Numbered from the stretch's first letter, positions 36,497 through 45,479 are shown. The stretch: DNA of 64,000 nt from Patescibacteria group bacterium (GCA_038064695.1 JBBTSO010000004.1:114165-178164); one strand, 5' to 3'. Program-made: numbers and translations. Notes: generated by a model from the sequence alone, not told the origin.

Positions 36497-36745
36497 CTAA
36501 CGGCGTCGTCCTCGAACTTGCGGCACAATGAGGCCCAATTTTTCTTTCTCCTCACGCTCTTCAACGCGTTCAATTCTGCGGAGTGCTGAGGCGCGCTTCT
36601 TGGTTTTTGAAAGCGTGCGCGTGTGGTAGCGAATACTCTTCGCGCGACGAACGACGCCCGACCCCTGAACGCGTTTTGAAAAACGTCTAATTAAAGACGG
36701 GGTTGATTCAGACCCGGTTTTCTTTACTGATGCGGTAATTGCCAT
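36497..36745 (-). CDS. rpsU: 30S ribosomal protein S21
   Basis: LIRRFSKRVQGSGVVRRAKSIRYHTRTLSKTKKRASALRR aligned by eye to S21 (ALRRFKR..G....RRR..YEKP...RKRAKA.A.KR). Strongly basic. Confidence 0.65.
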   Translation of the reverse strand: MAITASVKKTGSESTPSLIRRFSKRVQGSGVVRRAKSIRYHTRTLSKTKKRASALRRIERVEEREEKEKLGLIVPQVRGRRR

Positions 36746-36792
36746 AGTTTTTCAATTAAAACACACCATTGGCTTTTCTGCAATGCACCCCC

Positions 36793-37896
36793 TTAGGCGC
36801 GAACGCGTGACATGCGGTTTAGGAGTGTTGAAACGGGGATTGTTTCTTGCATTTGGGTTCCGGTATTTTTAATAATGACCGTGTTGTCCAACGCCTCTCG
36901 CTGTCCAATAATGGCGACGTACTTTGTCTCCGATTCGCGTGCATGGCGCATTTGTTCATCAATAGTTTCGGCAAGCAGCGCTTGGCCGAGCGTAATGTGT
37001 GCTCTCCACAGCGAGTCAAGGAGCGTAAATGCTTTCAGTTTTGCTGCTTCTCCCACGTGGACCACAAAACAAGCAGGGACCTGTTTTGTAGAAGTTCCGC
37101 GTACATCAACCACGTCAGGCATAGACACTGACATTCCCACCAACTCTAGAGCGTCTTTCTTCTTTCCTTGGTATTCAAAGCGTCCGCCCTTGGCAACGTG
37201 CACGCGCGTGCCTTTTTCATCAATACCTGAAATAGCAAATACGAGCTCTTGGTTCACCTCGGGCGTGTAGGGAAGACGCGCGTCCAGTTCGTACTGGATA
37301 CCTAGTTTTTCAAAGAGGGTGATGGTCTCCAACATTATTTTTCGTGATGGTTCCGAAAGATAATCAATGGTGCGGGGCAGTGAGTCGGTGAGAGGGTGTC
37401 CTGACTCAACAATCGTCGTAGCGGCTGCCTCTGGGTGTTTGAGCGCGAGTGAAAGGATGTCATCAGGGAGTTCTTTTCCATACTTTTTGAAAAAGTTTCC
37501 GAGCTCACGCAAGTAGCGGCGTCTACTCTCGGCATCCCCCACGGAAGAAATGAGCACCACGGTTTCGGCAAACCCTGCTGCTTCCACGACACTGAGCGCG
37601 GCCTTTACCACAAACGCTTGAGCGATGGCAATTTTTGCGCTGAGTGCGGTGAACACTACCGCGGTACCGTTTCCTTTTCGCGCGGTTCCCCACGCCTGCG
37701 TGGTTTGGGTAACCGGTCCCATTTTTCCGGCAACGGTAGCAATGAAGCCAGTGTCTTTGTCCAGCCCTTCAGGAATATCATTCGCGTCTTTGCGCGTTAC
37801 GGACACCGGGGGGTTCGTAAATCCGTATGCGCGTGCAACTGAAATAATTTGTGCATCCAGTGATTCTCTCTCTCGGCCTCGTTCAAATGATTTCAT
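36793..37896 (-). CDS. Histidyl-tRNA synthetase-like protein (HisS/HisZ family) that appears to lack the canonical class II motif 2/His-binding region
   Basis: Motif-3 region AKGGRFEYQGKK..LVGMSVSM, HisRS insertion domain and a class II anticodon-binding C-terminus align to HisRS, but no FRxERPQ.GRxREF motif is found. Only 367 aa and directly abutting lepB, so there is no room for a longer N-terminus. Confidence 0.55.
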   Translation of the reverse strand: MKSFERGRERESLDAQIISVARAYGFTNPPVSVTRKDANDIPEGLDKDTGFIATVAGKMGPVTQTTQAWGTARKGNGTAVVFTALSAKIAIAQAFVVKAALSVVEAAGFAETVVLISSVGDAESRRRYLRELGNFFKKYGKELPDDILSLALKHPEAAATTIVESGHPLTDSLPRTIDYLSEPSRKIMLETITLFEKLGIQYELDARLPYTPEVNQELVFAISGIDEKGTRVHVAKGGRFEYQGKKKDALELVGMSVSMPDVVDVRGTSTKQVPACFVVHVGEAAKLKAFTLLDSLWRAHITLGQALLAETIDEQMRHARESETKYVAIIGQREALDNTVIIKNTGTQMQETIPVSTLLNRMSRVRA

Positions 37897-37899
37897 ATA

Positions 37900-38463
37900 T
37901 TATTGTCCCTGCGTGTACGCACCAGGAAACATATCAACGCGCGTTACTGGAAGGAGTCGCAAAAACGCGCGTCCCACTACTTCATTTCGTTTCAATACAC
38001 CCCACGAACGCGAGTCTGAACTTTCTCTTCGATTGTCACCCATCACGAAGTACTCGTTGTCGCCGAGCACGTACACGCCGTACTCATCTTGCAGTCGGTC
38101 TTCAGCAATGTACGGTTCGTCTAACGTAATGACGGGGAGATTGTTACCACGTTCTATCACGATGCGTTTCCCAATAATTTCCACCGTTTCTCCGGGGAGG
38201 CCAATGACCCGCTTAATGAAGAAAATAGATTCGTCTTTTGGATATTTCAAAATGATGACGTCACCACGTTCTGGATCGCCAAGGCGGTAGGAGATTTGGT
38301 CAACAATGAGGTATTCGCCACCGAGAAAGGTTGGTTCCATAGATGCGCCACGCACAATGTATGGCTGCGCGATGAACATACGTATAGGAAGTACGATCAG
38401 GAGCGCAATGAGAGCAAATTTCACTAGGTCATCCACCAGAGTGTCGTGACGTTCGTGTTCCAT
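37900..38463 (-). CDS. lepB: Signal peptidase I
   Basis: S26 boxes GASMEPTF (catalytic Ser), KRVIGLPGE (Lys), GDNRRESSDSR. Confidence 0.85.
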   Translation of the reverse strand: MEHERHDTLVDDLVKFALIALLIVLPIRMFIAQPYIVRGASMEPTFLGGEYLIVDQISYRLGDPERGDVIILKYPKDESIFFIKRVIGLPGETVEIIGKRIVIERGNNLPVITLDEPYIAEDRLQDEYGVYVLGDNEYFVMGDNRRESSDSRSWGVLKRNEVVGRAFLRLLPVTRVDMFPGAYTQGQ

Positions 38464-38657
38464 TCACCACATTGTACGCACCTGCACACGTCGGTCAACT
38501 ATATTTTTAAAAAAAGCGTTGTAGAAACTTTTTTTTCGGAGATTGGGTTGGCACAAAGTCCTTTTCTTCAGAGAGATAAACGCTACAAGCTCTTGCGAAA
38601 AGGCTTTTGTGCGGCGTCGTTGTACTTTCTGATACACTATATGTGTGTTTCTGGGGA

Positions 38658-38690
38658 CTAGAAACTAACCGCTAGCCACTAGCACCTATT
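38658..38690. repeat. TAG-heptad repeat CTAGAAACTAACCGCTAGCCACTAGCACCTATT ending 3 bp before the pth start codon
   Basis: Reverse complement of words in the 34755 block. The CACTAGCACCTA motif also occurs twice at 41595-41625. Confidence 0.6.
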
Positions 38691-38693
38691 TTT

Positions 38694-39299
38694 ATGTACA
38701 CCATTGTTGGTTTGGGTAATCCTGGAGGGGAATATAATTACACGCGTCACAATACAGGAAGAATGATTGTTGAAAAAATGGCTTCCGAGGGCGCTGTTTC
38801 TCTAAAACAAAAGAAAAAACCCGATCTTTGGGTTGGCACGGGAGATGTAGTGGGTGAGCAGGTGCGCCTCGTACTGCCGGATACGTTTATGAATAATTCA
38901 GGGAAAGCGGTGGCGTTCTATATAAAGAGTGTCAGCGCGGCAAAGAAGCTTGTGGTGGTGTATGACGACATAGATTTGCCATTGGGCGTGGTGCGCGTGG
39001 CGTTCGGTTCAAGTTCAGGTGGCCACAATGGGGTAAAAAGTGTGGAGCGTGCTCTTAAAACAAAGGATTTTATTAAAGTACGCGTGGGCGTTGCTAAAGC
39101 GGCGCGCGGAAAAGCAAAAAAACCAGTAGGGGAGAAGGCAGTGCTCGCGCACCTTCTTTCTAAATTTTCTAAAAAAGAGCATGAGCTGGTGGTGGGTGGC
39201 GTGTACGAGCGCGTCTTGGTCGCGCTCGCTGCTATTTTTGAAAGTGGTGACCCTGTGAAAGGGATGAATGCGGTTAATGGTCTCCCACTTGCATCGTAA
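38694..39299 (+). CDS. pth: Peptidyl-tRNA hydrolase
   Basis: MYTIVGLGNPGGEYNYTRHNTG and the catalytic His/Asp motifs. Confidence 0.9.
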   Translation: MYTIVGLGNPGGEYNYTRHNTGRMIVEKMASEGAVSLKQKKKPDLWVGTGDVVGEQVRLVLPDTFMNNSGKAVAFYIKSVSAAKKLVVVYDDIDLPLGVVRVAFGSSSGGHNGVKSVERALKTKDFIKVRVGVAKAARGKAKKPVGEKAVLAHLLSKFSKKEHELVVGGVYERVLVALAAIFESGDPVKGMNAVNGLPLAS

Positions 39300-39300
39300 C

Positions 39301-39337
39301 AAAAACACCCCCGCGTACGCGGGGGTGTTTTTGTTTA
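39301..39337. terminator. Bidirectional rho-independent terminator (AAAAACACCCCCGCG-TAC-GCGGGGGTGTTTTTGTTT) between convergent pth and rpsA
   Basis: Perfect GC stem with flanking A- and T-tracts. Confidence 0.65.
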
Positions 39338-39341
39338 AGAA

Positions 39342-40421
39342 CTATTTCGCCTTTGTGTATGAGAGGGTCATCTTGTGCTCTTTTGGATCAAAGAGCGTAA
39401 TTTTGAATTTGTAGACTTTTCCCAAGCCAAGCTCATTTTTGAGTGCTGCTTCGCTTTCAAATTCAGAAACGTGTACCAAGCCCGCAACGCCTTCTTCAAT
39501 TGAGGCGAGCGCGCCGTACTTGTTGTATTTAATGACGGCTGCCTCCACGAGGTCATCTTTTTTGTATTTTTTCGCCGCGGTAGTCCATGGGTCGTCACCA
39601 AGTTGTTTGATTGAGAGGGAAATTTTTCCGTCTTTCACGTCAATCACTTTCACTTTCACCTTATCTCCGACTTTTGCAAAGGTGCGTGGATCTTCTACCA
39701 AACCCCAGTCAATTTCTGAAATGTGAACTAAGCCCTCAAGTCCGCCGTCAACTTTAACAAAGATACCAAAGTCAACGATGCCGGTGACTTCGCCTGAAAG
39801 AACATCGCCAACCGCGTACTGGTCAACGTTTGTTGAAACAGGAGTTTCTTCGCTGGTGTCACGTTCAGAGAAAATAAGTTTTCCTTCGCGTGGGTCCGCG
39901 GTAATGATACGCACCGAGAGCGTTGTTCCAATCAATTTTTTCAACTCATCAAGAATGAGTTGTTTCTCACCGTTAGCGACGCGTGGGTAGTGTTCTGTTC
40001 GCAATTGACTTGCGGGCAAAAAGCCGTTAATACCTTGCCACCCGATAATGAGTCCGCCTTTGTTTGCGTCTTTCACCGTGAGTTCAAAGACATTGCCTCC
40101 GGCGATAGCGCGTTCAGCATCAGACCAAATCATTGCTTGGCGAGCTTCTTTGAGTGAGAGTTCAATGTATCCGTCTTTGTTTTCAGTTTCTACAATTTTT
40201 GCAGAAATGATGTCGCCGAGCGCAACTTTTTTAAGAATGTCGCGTGCGGCTAGGTATTCTCTTCCGTAAATAATTCCGGTGCCGTAGGGAGGGAGGTCAA
40301 TGTAAACTTTACCGCTTGAAAGGGCGACCACCGGGCCCTCAATAGTTTCTCCTACGCTCGGAAGTGTTGTTGTTTCTTCTAGGAGAGTGTTCATCACACT
40401 CTCAGTATTGTGTTGATTCAT
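39342..40421 (-). CDS. rpsA: 30S ribosomal protein S1 (four S1 domains)
   Basis: Four repeats of the S1 fold pattern (G.V.G.V..I..FG.FV.....GL.H.SE). Confidence 0.85.
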   Translation of the reverse strand: MNQHNTESVMNTLLEETTTLPSVGETIEGPVVALSSGKVYIDLPPYGTGIIYGREYLAARDILKKVALGDIISAKIVETENKDGYIELSLKEARQAMIWSDAERAIAGGNVFELTVKDANKGGLIIGWQGINGFLPASQLRTEHYPRVANGEKQLILDELKKLIGTTLSVRIITADPREGKLIFSERDTSEETPVSTNVDQYAVGDVLSGEVTGIVDFGIFVKVDGGLEGLVHISEIDWGLVEDPRTFAKVGDKVKVKVIDVKDGKISLSIKQLGDDPWTTAAKKYKKDDLVEAAVIKYNKYGALASIEEGVAGLVHVSEFESEAALKNELGLGKVYKFKITLFDPKEHKMTLSYTKAK

Positions 40422-40456
40422 GAGTAGTAGACAGTAATCGGATTGGTACTTCGTAA

Positions 40457-40488
40457 GTTTCTAGCGGTTAGTGGCTAGTTGCTAGGAA
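40457..40488. repeat. TAG-heptad repeat GTTTCTAGCGGTTAGTGGCTAGTTGCTAGG, 35-65 bp upstream of the rpsA start
   Basis: Same words as the 34755 and 38658 blocks. Confidence 0.6.
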
Positions 40489-40633
40489 GGGTTAACCGGA
40501 TCCAAAGTGGCTAAATCCTTCATTAAATAGAGGGATTTACTAAAAGAGGATAACATACTTGCGTTCAAAAATAAAGGGAGTAGTATGCTCCCAAGCCAAC
40601 GACTTTAAAGCCATTGGCGGCTTAGCAGCTTTA

Positions 40634-40732
40634 ATGTCAAAAGATACTATGATTTCAGGACACGATGGTCTTGATCACCACATGAGTGGAGGTCATCACG
40701 ACGATGACGATGATCACAAAAAGCATCATTAG
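40634..40732 (+). CDS. Candidate 32-aa His/Asp-rich micro-protein MSKDTMISGHDGLDHHMSGGHHDDDDDHKKHH
   Basis: Preceded by AAAGGGAG (Shine-Dalgarno-like) about 45 nt upstream and an AT-rich leader. Followed within 7 nt by a strong intrinsic terminator. Absent from the ORF track only because it is under 60 aa. Confidence 0.3.
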   Translation: MSKDTMISGHDGLDHHMSGGHHDDDDDHKKHH

Positions 40733-40738
40733 TTAGCA

Positions 40739-40770
40739 AAAAACCACCCGCTCTATCGGGTGGTTTTTTT
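40739..40770. terminator. Rho-independent terminator (AAAAACCACCCG-CTCTAT-CGGGTGGTTTTTTT)
   Basis: Perfect GC stem plus T7 tract. Confidence 0.6.
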
Positions 40771-40773
40771 AAT

Positions 40774-40807
40774 ACAATTATCTCTGACGGCCGTCAGAGA
40801 TAATTGT
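40774..40807. repeat. 34-bp perfect palindrome ACAATTATCTCTGACGG|CCGTCAGAGATAATTGT (member of the 3-copy family)
   Basis: Self-complementary. Core shared with 13971 and 31439. Confidence 0.6.
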
Positions 40808-40874
40808 ATGGGGTACAGAAAACCACACTCATTCTTTTTTGTGCTCGTTACATTTCTCCGTTATAATCAAGGCA

Positions 40875-41498
40875 ATGGTTATTTCATACATAGGAGGGCA
40901 CTGTTTTAAATTGTCATCAGGCGACACGACCATCGCTATTAATCCACCGAGGAGTACGAGCGAGTTTAAGGTTTCAAAATTTGGCGCAGATGTTGTTTTG
41001 ATTTCTGCCGCCGACCCCGAGTGGGATGGAGAAGAAACAGCATCACACGGGGGAAAGGAACCGTTTGTTATACGCGGTCCCGGCGCGTATGAAGTGGGGG
41101 ATGTGGTGGTAACAGGGTATGCCTCAGAAGGTGCACTCGGAAAAGAAACGAGTGAATTTGGTAACACCGTGTACGTGGTTGAGTTTGACGGTATGAAGGT
41201 GCTTCTCCTCGGCGCGCTCTCTTCAACAAAACTTTCTCCCGAACTACGCGCTGACTTGGATGAAATAAATATAGTGTTTGTTCCGGTGGGGGGTAAAACG
41301 CTTGACCCGAAAGGCGCGCATGAGTTAGTTGTGTCGCTTGAACCGAACGTCATTATTCCGTACGCGGTAGACGGCGATGCTGACATAAAGTCGTTTGTAA
41401 AAACAGCAGGCGCGCACGAGGTAAAGCCCGTTGATAAATTGACGCTCCGCGCAAAAGAGGTTGCGTTGATGAGTGGGGAGGTGGTGTTGTTAAAGTAG
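40875..41498 (+). CDS. Metallo-beta-lactamase-fold metal-dependent hydrolase (UPF0173/YtkL-like)
   Basis: MVISYIGGHCFKLSSGDTTIAINP is the typical N-terminus of this family. Start set at the internal Met. The opposite-strand ORF 40829..41386 is rejected. Confidence 0.6.
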   Translation: MVISYIGGHCFKLSSGDTTIAINPPRSTSEFKVSKFGADVVLISAADPEWDGEETASHGGKEPFVIRGPGAYEVGDVVVTGYASEGALGKETSEFGNTVYVVEFDGMKVLLLGALSSTKLSPELRADLDEINIVFVPVGGKTLDPKGAHELVVSLEPNVIIPYAVDGDADIKSFVKTAGAHEVKPVDKLTLRAKEVALMSGEVVLLK

Positions 41499-41632
41499 GT
41501 GTTAGTGGTTAGTGGATAGTTTTTAGCGGTATAGAAAGTGTTAAACTAGCGATTAGTGGCTAGTTGTTAGTGGTTAGCTGTTGTTTGGGCTATCCACTAG
41601 CACCTATCTACTAGCACCTAGTCTCATGTTTT
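41499..41632. repeat. Long TAG-heptad repeat block (GTTAGTGGTTAGTGGATAG...TAGTGGCTAGTTGTTAGTGGTTAGCTGTTG...CCACTAGCACCTATCTACTAGCACCTAG) with internal inverted repeats
   Basis: Read directly from the sequence. Ends at the ATG of the small ORF at 41626. Confidence 0.6.
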
Positions 41633-41820
41633 CGTATATTGATAAATTACGTAAAGCACCGATTGAAAAACGGCGAGAGGCGGCGGTTACATTTACTTTA
41701 GTTTTGGTCGCGATAATTCTTGTCCTTTCTTTTTTTATTGGGTGGATTCGTTCATTTATTTTAGAACAGGCCGTTGGCGATACTCCGGAAACCGTTCAAG
41801 GCATTGTGGCACCGTATTGA
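41626..41820 (+). CDS. Small single-TM membrane protein (about 64 aa)
   Basis: MFSYIDKLRKAPIEKRREAAVTFTLVLVAIILVLSFFIGW. The start is placed after the repeat block. Confidence 0.35.
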   Translation: MFSYIDKLRKAPIEKRREAAVTFTLVLVAIILVLSFFIGWIRSFILEQAVGDTPETVQGIVAPY

Positions 41821-41936
41821 ATTAGTTGTTAGTGACTAGCGGTTAGTTTCTAGCAATAAGCAAACCCACAAACTTCGCACTATAGCGTGAGGGTCCGATG
41901 CTAGCCACTAACAACTAAAAACTATCCACTAGGTGC
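41821..41936. repeat. TAG-heptad repeat block arranged as a long inverted repeat (TTAGTTGTTAGTGACTAGCGGTTAGTTTCTAGC ... GCTAGCCACTAACAACTAA ... CCACTAGGTGCT) upstream of gyrA
   Basis: The arms are reverse complements of each other with a few mismatches. Ends 27 bp before the gyrA ATG. Confidence 0.6.
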
Positions 41937-41962
41937 TCCTTTTGCTATACTAAACGATATCT

Positions 41963-44440
41963 ATGCCTCGTAAAAAAGTCGTTTCTGCCTCCACTAGTGG
42001 TGACACCCCCGATACTCCAACGCCTCACACAGGCGTTATTGATCGCTCTATCGTTGAAGAAATGCGCGAGAGTTATTTGGACTACGCGATGAGCGTCATT
42101 ACCAGCCGTGCGCTTCCCGACGTGCGTGACGGGTTAAAGCCAGTGCACCGACGCATCCTTTTTGCCATGCATCGCATGGGGTTGACCTCAAACTCTAAAC
42201 CAAGAAAAAGCGCCTCGGTTGTTGGAGACGTGCTCGCAAAATTTCACCCCCACGGCGATTCATCAGTGTATGAGGCGATGGTGAAAATGGCACAGAGTTT
42301 CACTATGCGGTATCCCTTGGTCATTGGTCAGGGAAACTTTGGTTCTATTGATGGCGATGCCGCCGCCGCGTACCGTTACACTGAGGCAAAAATGGCAGCG
42401 CTCGCCAGCGAATTAGTGCGCGACTTAGAAAAAGAGACGGTGGATTGGCGTCCTAACTACGACGGACGAGAAAAAGAACCAACCGTGCTTCCAGCCGCCG
42501 TGCCAAACCTACTTCTAAACGGAACACTTGGTATCGCTGTGGGTATGGCAACGAACATTCCGCCACATAACTTGGGTGAACTGGTAAGCGCAACGGTACA
42601 TTTAATAGACAATCCCAAAGCATCTACCGAAGATTTGCTTGAGTTCGTGAAAGGGCCCGACTTTCCTGTGGGCGGCATTGCGTTTAATCAGAAAGACATT
42701 GCGCACGCCTACGCAACGGGTAGGGGTCCTGTTATTGTTCGTGGCGATGCTGAAATTACTGAAGATAAAAAAGGCAACGCGCAAATTATCATTACCTCCA
42801 TTCCGTACCGCGTAAACAAAGCAGATTTGATTGTAAAAATTGCCGATTTAGTGCGCGAGAAAAAACTGGACGGCATTCGTGACCTTCGCGATGAATCAAC
42901 AAAAGACATTCGCGTGGTGGTTGACCTTAAAAACAACGCGCAACCACAGGCAGTTTTGAATTACCTGTATAAACACACACAGCTTGAAGAGGCGTTCCAC
43001 TACAACATGGTGATGCTGGTTGATGGTGTTCCGCAAACACTTTCATTAGGCGCAGTTCTGTTTCATTTTATTGAACATCGCAAAGAGGTAGTAAAACGCC
43101 GCACGGAGTTTGACTTAGGAAAAGCAAAAGACCGTGAGCACATTCTCCTCGGACTCACCAAGGCGTTGGATCACATCGATGAAATTATTGCTCTTATAAA
43201 AAAAGCAAAAGACGTTCCAACCGCGCATGCGGAGTTGATGAAGCGGTTCAAGTTTTCTGAACGTCAGGCGAGCGCCATTCTTGAAATGAAGTTGTCGCGC
43301 CTCGCGGGGTTGGAGCGCAAGAAAATTGAAGACGAACTCAAAGAAATCCAAACGCTCATTAAAGAGCTGGAGAGCATTTTGGGAAGCGAAAAGAAAATGC
43401 TCGCGGTGGTGAAGTCAGAATTGATTGCAACGGGAGAAAAGTACAGCGATGAACGCCGTACCAAGATAGTGAAAGGTGGAGTAAAAAATATGTCGGCGGA
43501 GGATTTGGTTCCCGACGAGGCGGCGATGCTCACGTTGACGAATGCCGGCTACGTAAAACGTACCAACCCCGCCGAGTATAAAAAACAAAACCGAGGCGGC
43601 GTCGGTGTCATTGACCTTTCAACCAAAGATGAAGATTTCGTGACGCGTTTCTTGGAAGGGTCAACGCACGACGCTATCCTTTTCTTCTCGGATCGTGGAA
43701 AAGTGTACCGCACGCGTATGTATGAAATTCCTGAAGGGCGGCGCGCCACAAAAGGAAAGAGCATTATGAACGTGCTCCCACTTTCCTCCGAGGAACAGGT
43801 GACGAGTGTTGTTTCAATACCAAAGTCAGGGGGCGCCGAGTCGTTTATGCTCGTCACTGAAAAAGGAGTAGTGAAAAAAGTGGCTGCAGACCAATTTGAA
43901 GACGTGAGAAAGAGCGGCATCATTGCCATTTCACTTTCACCTGACGACCGCCTCATTGCGGCGCTCCCTGTTTCAGCAAAACAATCAGTTTCGCTGGTGA
44001 CTCAAAAAGGACAGTCTATTCACTTTAGAGAGTCTGACGTTCGTACCATGGGAAGAACCGCCGCGGGTGTGTCTGGAATGAAACTTGCTAAAGGAGACGC
44101 TATTGTCGGAGCGGACGTCGTTAAAGACATTAAAAAGGTACACCTCTTAGTAGTGACTGACCGCGGGTACGGTAAACGAACGCCGATGGACGAGTATAAA
44201 ATTCAGAAGCGAGCGGGGAGCGGAATAAAGACAGCGAATGTTACTGAAAAAACGGGGCGTGTCATTGCAGCACTCGTTGTTACGGAAGAGGAAATGGGTG
44301 AGATTATTGTCGCAAGCAAGAAGGGGCAAGTGATTCGCACCGAACTAAATCAGGTACCAATTCTTGGGCGTGCCACCCAAGGCGTGCGTGTGATGAAACT
44401 CCGCGACGGCGACGCTATTGCGGCCTTCACAGCGTTTTAG
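41963..44440 (+). CDS. gyrA: DNA gyrase subunit A
   Basis: AMSVITSRALPDVRDGLKPVHRRILFAM with active-site Tyr region, and a C-terminal beta-pinwheel. Confidence 0.95.
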   Translation: MPRKKVVSASTSGDTPDTPTPHTGVIDRSIVEEMRESYLDYAMSVITSRALPDVRDGLKPVHRRILFAMHRMGLTSNSKPRKSASVVGDVLAKFHPHGDSSVYEAMVKMAQSFTMRYPLVIGQGNFGSIDGDAAAAYRYTEAKMAALASELVRDLEKETVDWRPNYDGREKEPTVLPAAVPNLLLNGTLGIAVGMATNIPPHNLGELVSATVHLIDNPKASTEDLLEFVKGPDFPVGGIAFNQKDIAHAYATGRGPVIVRGDAEITEDKKGNAQIIITSIPYRVNKADLIVKIADLVREKKLDGIRDLRDESTKDIRVVVDLKNNAQPQAVLNYLYKHTQLEEAFHYNMVMLVDGVPQTLSLGAVLFHFIEHRKEVVKRRTEFDLGKAKDREHILLGLTKALDHIDEIIALIKKAKDVPTAHAELMKRFKFSERQASAILEMKLSRLAGLERKKIEDELKEIQTLIKELESILGSEKKMLAVVKSELIATGEKYSDERRTKIVKGGVKNMSAEDLVPDEAAMLTLTNAGYVKRTNPAEYKKQNRGGVGVIDLSTKDEDFVTRFLEGSTHDAILFFSDRGKVYRTRMYEIPEGRRATKGKSIMNVLPLSSEEQVTSVVSIPKSGGAESFMLVTEKGVVKKVAADQFEDVRKSGIIAISLSPDDRLIAALPVSAKQSVSLVTQKGQSIHFRESDVRTMGRTAAGVSGMKLAKGDAIVGADVVKDIKKVHLLVVTDRGYGKRTPMDEYKIQKRAGSGIKTANVTEKTGRVIAALVVTEEEMGEIIVASKKGQVIRTELNQVPILGRATQGVRVMKLRDGDAIAAFTAF

Positions 44441-44479
44441 TGAAAATATTGACTTTTTCAAAAAAACATATATTATTTT

Positions 44480-44887
44480 TTGATGATTGATAGTAGAGCT
44501 GAAGCGTTTTCGTCGTCTCCCACTCTGCCAACGTATGCCCTGGCGGGTTTTTTTGCGACTGTTGCTGCTGGGCTGGTCGCTGTGACAATGAGTGGCGAGC
44601 AAACCTTTGAAGGATTAGTTAATTTTTACAAAACAGTAGTGAAAGATGATTTGATTGAGCACTGTCCTGATGGATATGAAAAAGAATGGTTGCAAATGGC
44701 GTTTGAAAAAATTCTCCATTGGCAAAAAGATACTGAAGAAGCTTTAAAAACATGCCCTGACGAAAGTCATGAACTAGGTCAAAGTGCTTTAAATGATATT
44801 TTGGCGAGAAGAATTGCAATGAAAGTTACGCTGGTCTCTCTTTTTATTGGCGGTGCTGCAGCAATTGGTTTACGAAGAAGGAAGTAA
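44480..44887 (+). CDS. Hypothetical protein with N- and C-terminal hydrophobic segments
   Basis: ORF only. AT-richer than its neighbours. Confidence 0.4.
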   Translation: MMIDSRAEAFSSSPTLPTYALAGFFATVAAGLVAVTMSGEQTFEGLVNFYKTVVKDDLIEHCPDGYEKEWLQMAFEKILHWQKDTEEALKTCPDESHELGQSALNDILARRIAMKVTLVSLFIGGAAAIGLRRRK

Positions 44888-44957
44888 TAAAATAAAATTT
44901 ATTTCACATACACACAGGACTGTATCAACGTGCAGTATTCTCGTTTACAATGGAGGT

Positions 44958-45479
44958 ATGTTTTTGAAACCATCAGAAGTGGTAAAACACCTTGCGCTCC
45001 GAAGTGGACTCAAGGTAGGAGACTTTGGCGCGGGGGGAGGAGAGTACGCTCCCTTGGTACTCGCCGAGTTGCAGAACGAAGGCGCGTTGTACGCGTTTGA
45101 CGTGGTGCCTGAAATGGTAGAACGACTTCATCGAAAAAAAGTGAGCGCGCAGGCAGATAATTTCTTTACTATCCATGCTGATTTAAACACCGCGCTTCCC
45201 CTTAAAGGTGAGCTTCTTGATCGCGCGCTAGTTATTAACACGCTCTACGCGCTTCGTGAACGAGCACGTTTTTTAAGTGAACTTAACCGCGTTCTTGCGC
45301 GCGGAGGGCAAACACTCTTTGTTGACTGGACATCGTCGTTTAAAAATATGGGTCCTCGTGAAGAAGAAGTAGTCTCTCCAGGAGAAGCGGTACGTCTGTT
45401 TCAATCGCACGGCTTTTCGGTAGGTACTATGCTTCCGGCAGGCAGTCACCACTACGCGTTTGTGGCGAGGAAACAGTGA
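44958..45479 (+). CDS. Class I SAM-dependent methyltransferase (small)
   Basis: Motif I VGDFGAGGGEY. Start set at the ATG at 44958 to avoid the overlap of the ORF-track start. Confidence 0.6.
   Translation: MFLKPSEVVKHLALRSGLKVGDFGAGGGEYAPLVLAELQNEGALYAFDVVPEMVERLHRKKVSAQADNFFTIHADLNTALPLKGELLDRALVINTLYALRERARFLSELNRVLARGGQTLFVDWTSSFKNMGPREEEVVSPGEAVRLFQSHGFSVGTMLPAGSHHYAFVARKQ

Noticed and set aside
37625-38290. 221-aa plus-strand ORF
   Set aside because: Antisense to lepB and the hisS-like gene, Ser/Pro/Arg-rich. It is the classic shadow ORF of a GC-skewed coding strand.
40829-41386. 185-aa minus-strand ORF
   Set aside because: Antisense to the MBL-fold hydrolase gene. Ser/Thr/Pro-rich with no motifs.
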